Assembly: GCA_036261915.1 (NCBI GenBank)
Contig: DATAJX010000005.1
Coordinates: 8,689-72,688 of the forward strand
Origin: Alphaproteobacteria bacterium
Lineage (GTDB): Bacteria > Pseudomonadota > Alphaproteobacteria > UBA2136 > UBA6156
Direction: 5' to 3'
DNA length: 64,000 bases
Below are positions 43,694 through 53,621 of this stretch, in pieces. The position numbers and the translations under genes are program-made. The notes below the pieces were generated by a model. It searched no databases. It was not told where the DNA came from and saw only the letters and a list, made by a program, of their open reading frames with translations. The stretch's first letter is position 1; every line of letters begins with the position of its first letter.

Positions 43694-46216
43694 CTATTTA
43701 CCGGCGTGCATGGGCGCGGGGCCGCGGGTGGGCAAACCGCTGCGCACCTTGCCCTTGGCCGGTTTCTCTTTTTTGCCGGGCTTGCCGCTGGCACCGCCGC
43801 CCTTAAAGGGGCTGCGCACCAGCGCCTTGGCCAGCACTTCGTCAACGCTGTCCACGGCAATGATCTCCAGGCCTTCCTTGATGTTTTTAGGCATGTCGGC
43901 CAGGTCCTTCACGTTCTCGCGCGGCAGGAACACGGTTTTGATGCCCCCGCGCAGCGCGGCCAGCAGCTTTTCCTTCAGGCCGCCAATTTGCATAGCGCGG
44001 CCACGCAGGCTCACTTCGCCGGTCATGGCAATATCGTGCCTCACGGGAATACCGGTCAGCGCGCTTACTAAGGCGGTCACCATCGCCAAACCTGCGCTGG
44101 GGCCGTCCTTCGGCGTGGCGCCGTCGGGCACGTGCACGTGCACGTCCTTTTCCTCGTAGAACTTGCCCGTAATGCCCATGTCGTCGGCCTTGCGGCGCAC
44201 GTAGCTGCTGGCGGCATGAATGCTCTCCTGCATCACTTCGCCCAGCTTACCGGTGGTGATGAGCTTGCCCTTGCCCGGCAGCACGGTGGCTTCGATGGGC
44301 AGGATATCGCCGCCCACTTCGGTCCAGGCCAGGCCGGTCACAAGCCCAACCTGCGCGTCCTGTTCCTTCATGCCAAAGGTGAACTGGCGCACGCCGAGGT
44401 ACTTATCGAGGTTGTCGAGGGTGATATGGATCTTTTCCTTCACCTTGGTCTTTTCTTTCCCCTTGGCTGCAGCGGCCCTGGCTTTTTGGGCCTTGATGGT
44501 TTTGCCACCGGTGGCTTCGCCGCTCACCAGTTCCTTCACGGCCTTGCGGCATAGCGCATCGATGCTGCGCTTCAGGCTGCGCACACCAGCCTCGCGGGTG
44601 TAGTAGCGGATGATGCCTTGCAGTGCATCGCTGTCTATCTTCACCTCGCCGGGGCGGATACCGCTGTCGGCCATGGCGCGCTTCACCAGGTGCGTCTTGG
44701 CAATTTCCAGCTTCTCGTCCTCGGTGTAACCGGCCAGGCGGATGACCTCCATGCGGTCGAGCAGCGCGGGCGGAATGTTGAGCGTGTTGGACGTGCACAG
44801 GAACATCACGTCGCTCAGGTCCACATCAAGCTCAAGGTAGTGGTCGTTGAAGGTGTGGTTCTGCGCGGGGTCCAGCACTTCCAGCAAAGCGCTCGAAGGG
44901 TCGCCCCTGAAATCCATGCCCAGCTTGTCGATCTCGTCGAGCAAAAACAGCGGGTTCATGGTGCCGGCCTTGCGCACGTTCTGGATGATCTTACCCGGCA
45001 GCGCGCCAATATAGGTACGGCGGTGGCCGCGGATCTCCGCTTCGTCGCGCACGCCACCCAGGGCCATGCGCACGTACTCGCGGCCGGTGGCCTTGGCAAT
45101 GCTTTCGGCCAGGCTGGTCTTACCCACGCCGGGCGGGCCTACCAGGCACAAAATCGGGCCCTTCAACTGGTCCACGCGCGATTGCACGGCCAGGTATTCC
45201 ACAATGCGTTCCTTCACCTTTTCCAAACCGAAGTGGTCTTCGTTCAGCACCTTTTCGGCAAACGCGAGGTCCTTCTTCAGCTTGCTCTTTTTGCCCCACG
45301 GCAGACCCAGCAGCACATCAAGGTAGTTGCGCACCACGGTGGCCTCGGCGCTCATGGGGCTCATCATCTTGAGCTTTTTAATTTCGCCTTCGGCCTTTTC
45401 CTTGGCTTCCTTGCTCAGCTTCAGCTCTTTAATTTTCTTTTCGTACTCGGCAAAGTCGCCTTCCTCGCCCTCGCCCAGTTCTTTCTGGATGGCCTTCATC
45501 TGCTCATTCAGGTAGTACTCGCGCTGGCTCTTTTCCATCTGCTTCTTCACGCGGTTGCGGATGCGGCGCTCGACCTGCAGCAGGCCGATTTCATTTTCCA
45601 TCAGCTGGTACAGTTTTTCCAACCGGTCATCCACCAGGTCAATTTCCAGCAGCTCCTGCTTCTGGTCGATCTTCAAATTCAGGTGGCTGGCAATGGTGTC
45701 GGCAAGCCGCGCGGGCTCGTCGATGGCCGAAAGACTTACAAGAACTTCCGGAGGTATCTTCTTGTTAAGCTTCACATATTCTTCAAACTCAGCAACCACC
45801 GTGCGTTGCAAGGCTTCCAGTTCGTTCTCGTCGCCTTCGCGCTCGATGAACTCGACCGCCTTGGCCGTGAACATGGTGCCGGTGTCCACCAGATCGGTAA
45901 TGCGCACGCGGGTCTGGCCTTCCACCAGCACCTTTACGGTGCCGTCGGGCAGCTTCAGCATTTGCAGCACGTTGCCCAGGCAACCCACGCGGTACAAACC
46001 GTCCAGGTTCGGGTCGTCCTGCGTTTCATCGCGCTGGGCCACCAGCACGATCTGCTTGCTGGCCTGCATCACTTCCTCAAGCGCCTTCACACTCTTCTCT
46101 CGGCCGACGAACAGCGGCACGATCATGTGCGGAAACACCACGATATTGCGCAGCGGCAATACGGGCAGGTTCTGCTTGGGGTTGGACGATGCGGTTTCGA
46201 CGATGCTACGGGACAT
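43694..46216 (-). CDS. lon: ATP-dependent Lon protease
   Basis: Met23 of ORF 43694..46282 after AAGGAAA. LPVLPLRNIVVFPHMIVPLFVGR, Walker A GPPGVGKTSLAESIA, and catalytic PKDGPSAGLAMV. Confidence 0.95.
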   Translation of the reverse strand: MSRSIVETASSNPKQNLPVLPLRNIVVFPHMIVPLFVGREKSVKALEEVMQASKQIVLVAQRDETQDDPNLDGLYRVGCLGNVLQMLKLPDGTVKVLVEGQTRVRITDLVDTGTMFTAKAVEFIEREGDENELEALQRTVVAEFEEYVKLNKKIPPEVLVSLSAIDEPARLADTIASHLNLKIDQKQELLEIDLVDDRLEKLYQLMENEIGLLQVERRIRNRVKKQMEKSQREYYLNEQMKAIQKELGEGEEGDFAEYEKKIKELKLSKEAKEKAEGEIKKLKMMSPMSAEATVVRNYLDVLLGLPWGKKSKLKKDLAFAEKVLNEDHFGLEKVKERIVEYLAVQSRVDQLKGPILCLVGPPGVGKTSLAESIAKATGREYVRMALGGVRDEAEIRGHRRTYIGALPGKIIQNVRKAGTMNPLFLLDEIDKLGMDFRGDPSSALLEVLDPAQNHTFNDHYLELDVDLSDVMFLCTSNTLNIPPALLDRMEVIRLAGYTEDEKLEIAKTHLVKRAMADSGIRPGEVKIDSDALQGIIRYYTREAGVRSLKRSIDALCRKAVKELVSGEATGGKTIKAQKARAAAAKGKEKTKVKEKIHITLDNLDKYLGVRQFTFGMKEQDAQVGLVTGLAWTEVGGDILPIEATVLPGKGKLITTGKLGEVMQESIHAASSYVRRKADDMGITGKFYEEKDVHVHVPDGATPKDGPSAGLAMVTALVSALTGIPVRHDIAMTGEVSLRGRAMQIGGLKEKLLAALRGGIKTVFLPRENVKDLADMPKNIKEGLEIIAVDSVDEVLAKALVRSPFKGGGASGKPGKKEKPAKGKVRSGLPTRGPAPMHAGK

Positions 46217-46488
46217 TCGGGTCGGTTTTCCTTTTCTTTTACTCAACACGCCCGGGGCGTGATGACGAAGGCACCTTAGCACTCAATAGCAATGAGTGAC
46301 AAGAACTTTCGATACTCACCAGTACTCTTATTCAACAAAGGCATGATGCTCGCCCCAAACCCCCTAAAGCAAGGCATGTGCCACCGCGTTGGGCGGGTGG
46401 GGATAAAACCCTGCTTATTCCCCGGGCCGGTGTGACACAAAAACGAACGCTTACCTAAAAACAAGGCACAGCCTGCCTTTTTAAAAAG

Positions 46489-46830
46489 CTACATGCGCAC
46501 CTTGCCGCCCTGCCCGATGGTGCCGGGCGGGCATTTACTGCCAAAACAGAACACCGGGTCGGTGAACAGATAAGCCTGCGCGGGCTCGGGGTCGTGCCAG
46601 TGGCAGCGCCCGTTGCGGCAGGTCATCAGCTTGGCCGGAACGTAGGTAACCTGTCCGCAGCCGGCCATCGGCGCAAACTGCGGCGGCTCGGCCGGCGCCT
46701 GCCCGCCTGCCTGGGCGACGGCGCCAGGCGCCAGCCCCATAAAAACAGCAACCAGCCATACAGGTAGCGCACCACGCCCAGCCCGTAGGTCAGCACCGCC
46801 TCGCTGAAGCTCATACCCTGCCCCCCTCAT
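46489..46830 (-). CDS. small secreted CX4C-repeat protein
   Basis: Signal-like LPVWLVAVFMGLAPGAVAQA. The mature part carries CRNGRC and CFGSKC. The start is uncertain. Confidence 0.5.
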   Translation of the reverse strand: MRGAGYELQRGGADLRAGRGALPVWLVAVFMGLAPGAVAQAGGQAPAEPPQFAPMAGCGQVTYVPAKLMTCRNGRCHWHDPEPAQAYLFTDPVFCFGSKCPPGTIGQGGKVRM

Positions 46831-46838
46831 GGCCCAAC

Positions 46839-47171
46839 CTAGCGGCGGCAGCCGCTGTTGTTACACACAGTGGTGGGCCCGGCCTGGCGCGGCGTGGGGT
46901 ACTGCAGCTGGCAACCGGCGCCGATGCAATACACGCTGGCGGCCTGCGGCTTGCTCCAGTCGCGCACATTGGAAGGATTGTTCGGGTCGGGGCGGACCAC
47001 CGGCGGCTGGGGCCGGGGCTGCGGATGGTAACCGCCACCATGGCCGCCACCGCCCTGCCAGCCATAGTTAACATGGCGACCCTGCGGCTGGTTGAACTCC
47101 CGCCCCCCGGCATAGGCCATCGACGAAACCGCCAGACCGGCGGCAACCAGCAGAAAACCAAACTTTTTCAT
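46839..47171 (-). CDS. small secreted G/P-rich CX4C-repeat protein
   Basis: AGGAGG RBS. Signal peptide MKKFGFLLVAAGLAVSSMAYA. Carries CIGAGC and CNNSGC. Confidence 0.65.
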   Translation of the reverse strand: MKKFGFLLVAAGLAVSSMAYAGGREFNQPQGRHVNYGWQGGGGHGGGYHPQPRPQPPVVRPDPNNPSNVRDWSKPQAASVYCIGAGCQLQYPTPRQAGPTTVCNNSGCRR

Positions 47172-47244
47172 GTTGTTATCCCTCCTGTTACAGCGGCCAG
47201 CCTACGCTGGGGTTTGTTAAAAATCAGTTAGATAATGCCCCAAC

Positions 47245-47272
47245 AAAAAAGCCCCCTTGCGGGGGCCTTTTT
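47245..47272 (-). terminator. rho-independent terminator ~70 nt downstream of the 16S 3' end
   Basis: Minus strand reads aaaaaggccccc-gcaa-gggggctttttt. Confidence 0.8.
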
Positions 47273-47282
47273 GGCTTCGACA

Positions 47283-47317
47283 CATACGCAATTCATATAC
47301 CAAGCATTTGGCGAGGC
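47283..47317 (-). other. 16S trailer arm of the rRNA processing stem
   Basis: As RNA, cctcgccaaatgcttggtatatgaattgcgtatg pairs with the leader arm at 49161-49197 in blocks of 15 + 7 + 9 bp. Confidence 0.7.
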
Positions 47318-47340
47318 TCAGAGCGAACACTTTTCCATAG

Positions 47341-48830
<1,490 letters not shown>

Positions 48831-49160
48831 TGTGTGTCCGAAGACAAAATCCAAGTCGGTCCGATCACTAGCTTTAACCGTTGTTTCTCGCTAAGAGTCG
48901 CAACGGCATCTACTGTTCGTCGTATATACTTAATAATAACTAGGGATTCGGACTCAATGCCTCTTGCGAGGCTTCGAATTGCCGAACCTTACTTTTTACT
49001 ACAATAGACCTCGTTCATTACTGAACGAGTCTTGTACATAAGACAGTTAGTGAGATTCAATCGAAACGCTCGCGCGCTTCAATCTCTAGTGTCGGCCGAC
49101 CGGTTAAGAGTCGATTTTGCCCCTACACGTGAGTGTGGGGCGGGTCTGGCATTCACCTGA

Positions 49161-49197
49161 ACCTCGCCAACTGCTTGGTTGTTATGAATTGCGTATG
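49161..49197 (-). other. 16S leader arm of the rRNA processing stem
   Basis: As RNA, catacgcaattcataacaaccaagcagttggcgaggt is complementary to the trailer arm at 47283-47317. Confidence 0.7.
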
Positions 49198-49250
49198 AAA
49201 TTGTCAAAGAGCTCTGCCTTGATGTCCTCCCGAACCCTCGGCGTGGGCGG

Positions 49251-49279
49251 TGTTTAGGTCATCCCCACCACCCTGTCAA
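49251..49279 (-). promoter_or_regulatory. candidate rrs promoter with an A-tract UP-like element upstream
   Basis: Minus strand reads aaaaaaggctaaaaaagaatgatacgaagtg-TTGACA-17 nt-TAAACA-ccgccc. Good -35, weak -10, GC discriminator. Confidence 0.45.
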
Positions 49280-49370
49280 CACTTCGTATCATTCTTTTTT
49301 AGCCTTTTTTGCGCGTCATTTGTAACCCCTTCAAATCGTTTATTTATATCCGGCAGATTATTCTGGCCCC

Positions 49371-49682
49371 ATGCCGATTATCACGCCCGATGGCCGTTAT
49401 ATCGTCGTCAACGGGCGGCTGTGGCGTGCCTCGAACCCGCATTTGCCGGAAGAGGAACGCCGGCAACTGGTCAGTCAACTCATGCAAGCCCGCCGCGCGG
49501 TGGGCACAGCCCTTAAAGGCAAAAACGCCCCGGCCCTCAAACAGGCCCGGGCGGCGGTGCAAAAGGCCAAGGTGGCCTTGGGCGAACGCGGCCTCCCCTG
49601 GTGGCCCGAAACCGAAGGCCCCGACTACAACCGGCACCTGGTTAAAAACACTCCTTATATAGAGTGGTTCAACAGCCAATAA
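49371..49682 (+). CDS. conserved hypothetical protein
   Basis: MPIITPDGRYIVVNGRLWRASNPHLPEEERRQLV...ALGERGLPWW...NTPYIEWF. I recall this pattern as a widespread uncharacterised family. Confidence 0.65.
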   Translation: MPIITPDGRYIVVNGRLWRASNPHLPEEERRQLVSQLMQARRAVGTALKGKNAPALKQARAAVQKAKVALGERGLPWWPETEGPDYNRHLVKNTPYIEWFNSQ

Positions 49683-49727
49683 AAAAGGCCACCATTGCTG
49701 GCGGCCTTTCATTTTCGTTTGGGGTGG

Positions 49728-49934
49728 TCAATCGGCGTCAACCGGTTCGGCGCTCACATGAAGCACCACCACCGATACTTCCATGCCTGCAGCTGCGGGC
49801 AACAGCCTGTCGGCCGCGGTCAGGGTAGTATGGGCGCGGTGGGCTTTTCGGTTGTGCTCGGTCATTTTCATGACCGACGCACTGCCCGCAAGCACCAAGG
49901 CAACCAGCAATAAAACATTCTTCAACTGCATCAT
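49728..49934 (-). CDS. possible small secreted protein
   Basis: The N-terminus MMQLKNVLLLVALVLAGSASV is signal-like. ORF evidence only. Confidence 0.4.
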   Translation of the reverse strand: MMQLKNVLLLVALVLAGSASVMKMTEHNRKAHRAHTTLTAADRLLPAAAGMEVSVVVLHVSAEPVDAD

Positions 49935-50119
49935 ATTTCTCCAAAAGGACGACTGGCGGCGCCAGCGATGACGTTACCCTCTCCATATGGGCCAAAAACC
50001 CGCTTTTTCAAGCCACCGCCTCGCTTGCTGGCTCAAGCGCCACACCCCCACCCCGCCGTGTGCAAAAAATAAGGTGTCAAGCTTGTTTATATACATTTTT
50101 ACCTCCATTAAGCTCGTCA

Positions 50120-51505
50120 ATGAGGGTCCCTCTCGCTATTCCTTTGGCTATGCCTGCGGGCGTCATCCGGCGCATCGGGCTGGGCATTTTGCCGCTGCTG
50201 GCCCTGCCTTTGCTGGCCGGTTTCGCCAAAATGCCGCACAGCGCCACCCCCCAGGCCGCCACCCCCGCCACCGAACAGTCGGCCGAAGCCGCCCCCGTGG
50301 CCCAAACCGTGGTGCTGGCCAAGCCCGATAACGGCCAACCGGCAGCCCTGGCCCTGCCCGCCCCGGCCCCCGCCGCCCTTACAACCGAAGGCATTCCCGC
50401 CCTGTCGGTCGAACGCACGCTTACCCTGCAACGCGGCCAAAGCTTCAAGGCCGCCTTGCAAAACGCAGGTTTCAACACCACGCAGGTGCAAAGCATCGTC
50501 AACGCGCTGGCGGGCCAACACCTCGATGCCGGCAAGATCAAACCGGGCCAAACCGTCACCCTCAGCTATACCGAAAGCGCGCCCTATCAAATCGGCAGCG
50601 CCAGCCTGGCCCTGCGCGCCAGCATGGAAAAAACCGCCAAACTGAGCGTAACCGGCGATAAAACCACCGCCCAGATCGAAAGCAAACCCATCGCCCAAAC
50701 CGCCGCCGTGGCCGTGGGCCATATTTCCGGCAGCCTGTGGGAAGACGCCACCGACGCCGGCCTGCCCGCCAACCTCATCAAGCCGTTCGTCGACCTGTTC
50801 AGCTGGGACGTCGACTTCACGCGCGAAATACAACCGGGCGACACCTTCAAGGTGCAGTTCGAGGCCTGGCAGGACGAACACGGCGTCACCTACAAAACCG
50901 GCCGCATCACCGCCGCCGAGCTTATCGCCAAAGGCAAGCGCCGCACGGCCTTTTTGTATAACGGCGACTATTACGACGAAAAGGGCGAAACCAAGCGCAA
51001 ACTGCTGCTGCGCACCCCGCTCGAGGTGTTCCGCATTTCCTCGGGTTTCGGCGCCCGCCGCCACCCGGTGCTGGGCTATAGCCGCATGCACAAGGGAACC
51101 GACTTTGCCGCCCCCATGGGCACCCCCATCAAGGCCAGCGGCGACGGCGTGGTGGCCTTCCAGGGCTGGCACGGCGGCCACGGCAACTACATTTTAGTGC
51201 GCCACACCGGCGTGTACGAAACCGGCTACGCGCACATCTCCCGCTTCGCCAAGGGCGTCAAGCTGGGCAGCCGCGTCAAGCAGGGGCAGATCATCGCTTA
51301 CGTAGGCTCCACCGGCCTTTCCACCGGCCCGCACCTGCACTACGAAGTGCACGTCAAGGGCCAGGCGGTCGACCCCATGAACACCAAGCTGCCCACCAGC
51401 GTCATGCTGGCCGGCGCGGCCAAAACCAAGTTCTTCAACATGGTCGGGCAGGTGCAAACCGCCTGGGCCAAGGCTTTCCAGCAGATCCAGGTGGCCAGCC
51501 GATAA
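50120..51505 (+). CDS. M23-family metallopeptidase
   Basis: Met21 of ORF 50060..51505. HKGTDFAAPMGTPI and STGPHLHYEV zinc-ligand motifs. Confidence 0.88.
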   Translation: MRVPLAIPLAMPAGVIRRIGLGILPLLALPLLAGFAKMPHSATPQAATPATEQSAEAAPVAQTVVLAKPDNGQPAALALPAPAPAALTTEGIPALSVERTLTLQRGQSFKAALQNAGFNTTQVQSIVNALAGQHLDAGKIKPGQTVTLSYTESAPYQIGSASLALRASMEKTAKLSVTGDKTTAQIESKPIAQTAAVAVGHISGSLWEDATDAGLPANLIKPFVDLFSWDVDFTREIQPGDTFKVQFEAWQDEHGVTYKTGRITAAELIAKGKRRTAFLYNGDYYDEKGETKRKLLLRTPLEVFRISSGFGARRHPVLGYSRMHKGTDFAAPMGTPIKASGDGVVAFQGWHGGHGNYILVRHTGVYETGYAHISRFAKGVKLGSRVKQGQIIAYVGSTGLSTGPHLHYEVHVKGQAVDPMNTKLPTSVMLAGAAKTKFFNMVGQVQTAWAKAFQQIQVASR

Positions 51506-51527
51506 CCCTGTTCCGTCTCCAATCCAA

Positions 51528-51556
51528 CAAAAAGGCCCCGCAATGCGGGGCCTTTT
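51528..51556. terminator. bidirectional rho-independent terminator
   Basis: aaaaaggccccg-caat-gcggggcctttt. Confidence 0.8.
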
Positions 51557-51561
51557 CGTCG

Positions 51562-52044
51562 TCAGGTGATTTGCAGCTTGCTTACCGTTTCGCCCGAACA
51601 ATCGGCCGCCACGATATAAAAGGGCTTGTCGCCAAGGCTGGCCTCGACACGCAACTCGTCCTTCAGGGGGGCCGGGCATCCACTCTTCAGCTTCTCCACC
51701 AATTTGCGGATATAATCGGTCACCCCTTCAGTCCAGCAGCTGTCGTGGTCGGCCAAAAATTGCCAACTTTCTTCAGGCACTTCAGTCGGATAAATCCAAC
51801 AGTTATCCGGACCACTTTCAGCGGCACCGAAAACAGCGATGTAGCTGCGGCCGCGCGAACTGGCCAGCAGGTAAGACCTGCAAAAAGCCGAGTACTCGCC
51901 GCCGTCATCGTTGTAGGCCGAGGCCCGTACATGAAGGCAAACCATAACGCCCTGAAACAGGCCGTTGTCCCGACGGGCCGCCGACCCTTTCACCAGCAGG
52001 TGACGAAACAGGGTATTCACAGTATTCGCAGCATCCATTTGCAT
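51562..52044 (-). CDS. hypothetical protein (lower-G+C gene)
   Basis: 160-codon ORF between two terminator/intergenic regions. No motif recognised. Confidence 0.55.
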   Translation of the reverse strand: MQMDAANTVNTLFRHLLVKGSAARRDNGLFQGVMVCLHVRASAYNDDGGEYSAFCRSYLLASSRGRSYIAVFGAAESGPDNCWIYPTEVPEESWQFLADHDSCWTEGVTDYIRKLVEKLKSGCPAPLKDELRVEASLGDKPFYIVAADCSGETVSKLQIT

Positions 52045-52213
52045 GGTGTTGTCCTCAAAAGCGGGGGTTAACCCGGGTGAATCAAAACCTACGCTCTATA
52101 TGGGTCGCAAACGGCATTTTTCAATCCCACCAAGCCAAAACCCGCAACCGGGCGCTGGGGGGCCTTATCGGGTATCCCTTGGCCAACATTCAAGGTAGTG
52201 CTAGGTTGCGGGC

Positions 52214-53005
52214 ATGAACACAGCACTCCCCCCTCTCCTGGCCGGCAAAAAAGGTTTAATCATGGGCGTGGCCAACGATTTTTCGCTGGCCTGGTACATC
52301 GCGCAGGCGGCCAGCCAAGCGGGGGCCGAACTGGCCTTCACCTACGCCCTGCCCCAGCTCGAGCGGCGGGTGCAGCCGCTGGCCGAGAGTTTAGGCAGCA
52401 GCATGATCTACCCCTGCGACGTGCAAAACGACGAACAGATGGCCGAAGTCTTCAGCAAGCTCGAACAGGCCTGGGGCAAGCTCGATTTCGTGGTGCACGC
52501 CATCGCGTTTGCCAACAAGGATGAGCTGAAAGGCGGCATCACCGCCACCACCCGCGGCGGGTTCGACCTCGCCATGCAAGTGTCCTGCTATTCCTTCATC
52601 CACACCGCCAAACTGGCCAAGCCCTTAATGGCCGAAGGCGGCAGCCTGCTGACGCTGACGTACGAAGGCAGCCAAAAAGTGGTGCCCAACTATAACGTCA
52701 TGGGCGTGGCCAAGGCCGGGCTCGAGGCCGCCACCCGCTACCTGGCGGCCGAACTGGGCGAAACCGGCATCCGCGTCAACGCCCTGTCGGCCGGGCCGGT
52801 CAACACGCTGGCCGCGCGCGGCATCTCCGACTTCCCCGCCATGCTCAAGCACCACGCCGCCACCGCCCCCCTCAAGCGGCTGGTCGAGGCCGAAGAAGTG
52901 GGCAAAGCCGCCGTTTACCTGCTGTCGGGCCTCGCCAGCGGCGTCACCGGCGAGGTCCACAACGTCGATACCGGCGCGCATGCGCTGGGGCCCACCCCCT
53001 TTTAA
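52214..53005 (+). CDS. fabI: enoyl-[acyl-carrier-protein] reductase (NADH)
   Basis: LAGKKGLIMGVANDFSLAW...YNVMGVAKAGLEAATRYLA...VNALSAGPVNTLAA. Confidence 0.93.
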   Translation: MNTALPPLLAGKKGLIMGVANDFSLAWYIAQAASQAGAELAFTYALPQLERRVQPLAESLGSSMIYPCDVQNDEQMAEVFSKLEQAWGKLDFVVHAIAFANKDELKGGITATTRGGFDLAMQVSCYSFIHTAKLAKPLMAEGGSLLTLTYEGSQKVVPNYNVMGVAKAGLEAATRYLAAELGETGIRVNALSAGPVNTLAARGISDFPAMLKHHAATAPLKRLVEAEEVGKAAVYLLSGLASGVTGEVHNVDTGAHALGPTPF

Positions 53006-53071
53006 CGCCTTCACTTCGGGCGCTAGACCTCTGAATTGATAAAGATTTTATAAAGACCCACCCCCGGGGGG

Positions 53072-53100
53072 TTGAAAAAATCCGCCTTCTGGTCTATATC
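53072..53100 (+). promoter_or_regulatory. candidate sigma70-type promoter
   Basis: TTGAAA, a 17-nt spacer, then TATATC, immediately upstream of the non-coding structured segment. Confidence 0.4.
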
Positions 53101-53104
53101 GTGC

Positions 53105-53476
53105 AGACCGAATTCATAACGTTTCCAAATTTACACAGGTTTCATCAACACTATGCGAACCGGAGTGGTTCGCACAGGTTGGCAAGGTAGCCGGGCGGAA
53201 GCCCGGTGAAAGCGAGGGGGCTTATAATCCCTTTGCCGGCATAGAGGTATGTTAGCGGCCCCGCCCGAAAGCATATGCGTACCTCATGCCTTGCCCGGAA
53301 CGGGCGGTCATACTCCTGCTGCTGTCCAACTTCAGCCAGACCCCTACCCTTTGGGTTAAGAGCCACGGTTCACGCCGGTGGATGTTGTCTGGATCGAACT
53401 GAACAAGCGCAGTCGAGCATACCGTTCGTACTGATTCAAAAAGCCCCGGTTTCCAATGTGGAAACCGGGGCTTTTT
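53105..53476 (+). ncRNA. unclassified structured ncRNA candidate (~370 nt; strand uncertain)
   Basis: Bounded by a promoter-like element and a strong 17-bp-stem terminator. No credible ORF. Several perfect hairpins: 53155-53173, 53191-53206 (GGAA loop), 53293-53305, and a long-range ccgcccg/cgggcgg pairing. Confidence 0.45.
53437..53476. terminator. bidirectional rho-independent terminator
   Basis: aaaaagccccggtttcc-aatgt-ggaaaccggggcttttt. Confidence 0.85.
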
Positions 53477-53511
53477 GCCATTCTTCATCTTCTTTTTTAT
53501 TGAACGCATCC

Positions 53512-53609
53512 GGCGGGATGAGTGTTTCGTTTTCTCCGACGCCCGAGCATCGCAGCGCACACTGTCAGTGCGTGAGAAGCGCAGGGCTAGGAAAAATGAA
53601 ACAATCGCC
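53512..53609 (+). repeat. Family-B ~98-bp MITE-like palindromic repeat, copy 2
   Basis: cggcgggatgagtgtttcgttttctccgacgcccgagcatcgcagcgcacac...gcgcagggctaggaaaaatgaaacaatcgcc, collinear with 7241-7338. Confidence 0.7.
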
Positions 53610-53621
53610 CGCCCGGGGCGT

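Noticed and set aside
36467-46279. Long plus-strand ORFs 36467..37879, 37972..39219, 39054..40796 and 44618..46279
   Set aside because: All are antisense to well-supported minus-strand genes (filament operon, lon) and have shadow-frame composition.
46489-46830. Possible frameshifted gene (hydrophobic start of ORF 46626..46814 joining ORF 46489..46830 near an A5 run at ~46740)
   Set aside because: The 113-aa frame already contains its own plausible signal peptide (LPVWLVAVFMGLAPGAVAQA) downstream of its ATG, so no frameshift is needed.
47172-47340. Expected ITS with tRNA-Ile/tRNA-Ala and 23S downstream of the 16S
   Set aside because: I read the region on both strands. It contains only a ~60-nt trailer, the processing-stem arm and a terminator. 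No cloverleaf-capable sequence is present.
53105-53476. Identity of the ncRNA candidate as tmRNA (standard or two-piece), RNase P RNA, SRP RNA, 6S RNA or a cobalamin riboswitch
   Set aside because: None of the following could be found on either strand: a GGAAAGUCCGG/P4 motif, an ANDN-type tag ORF, a T-arm followed by a discriminator-CCA with a pairing 5' strand, an SRP domain IV motif, or a B12 box. A GTTCGATCC...TCCACC stretch on the minus strand lacks a T stem. The class is left open rather than forced.
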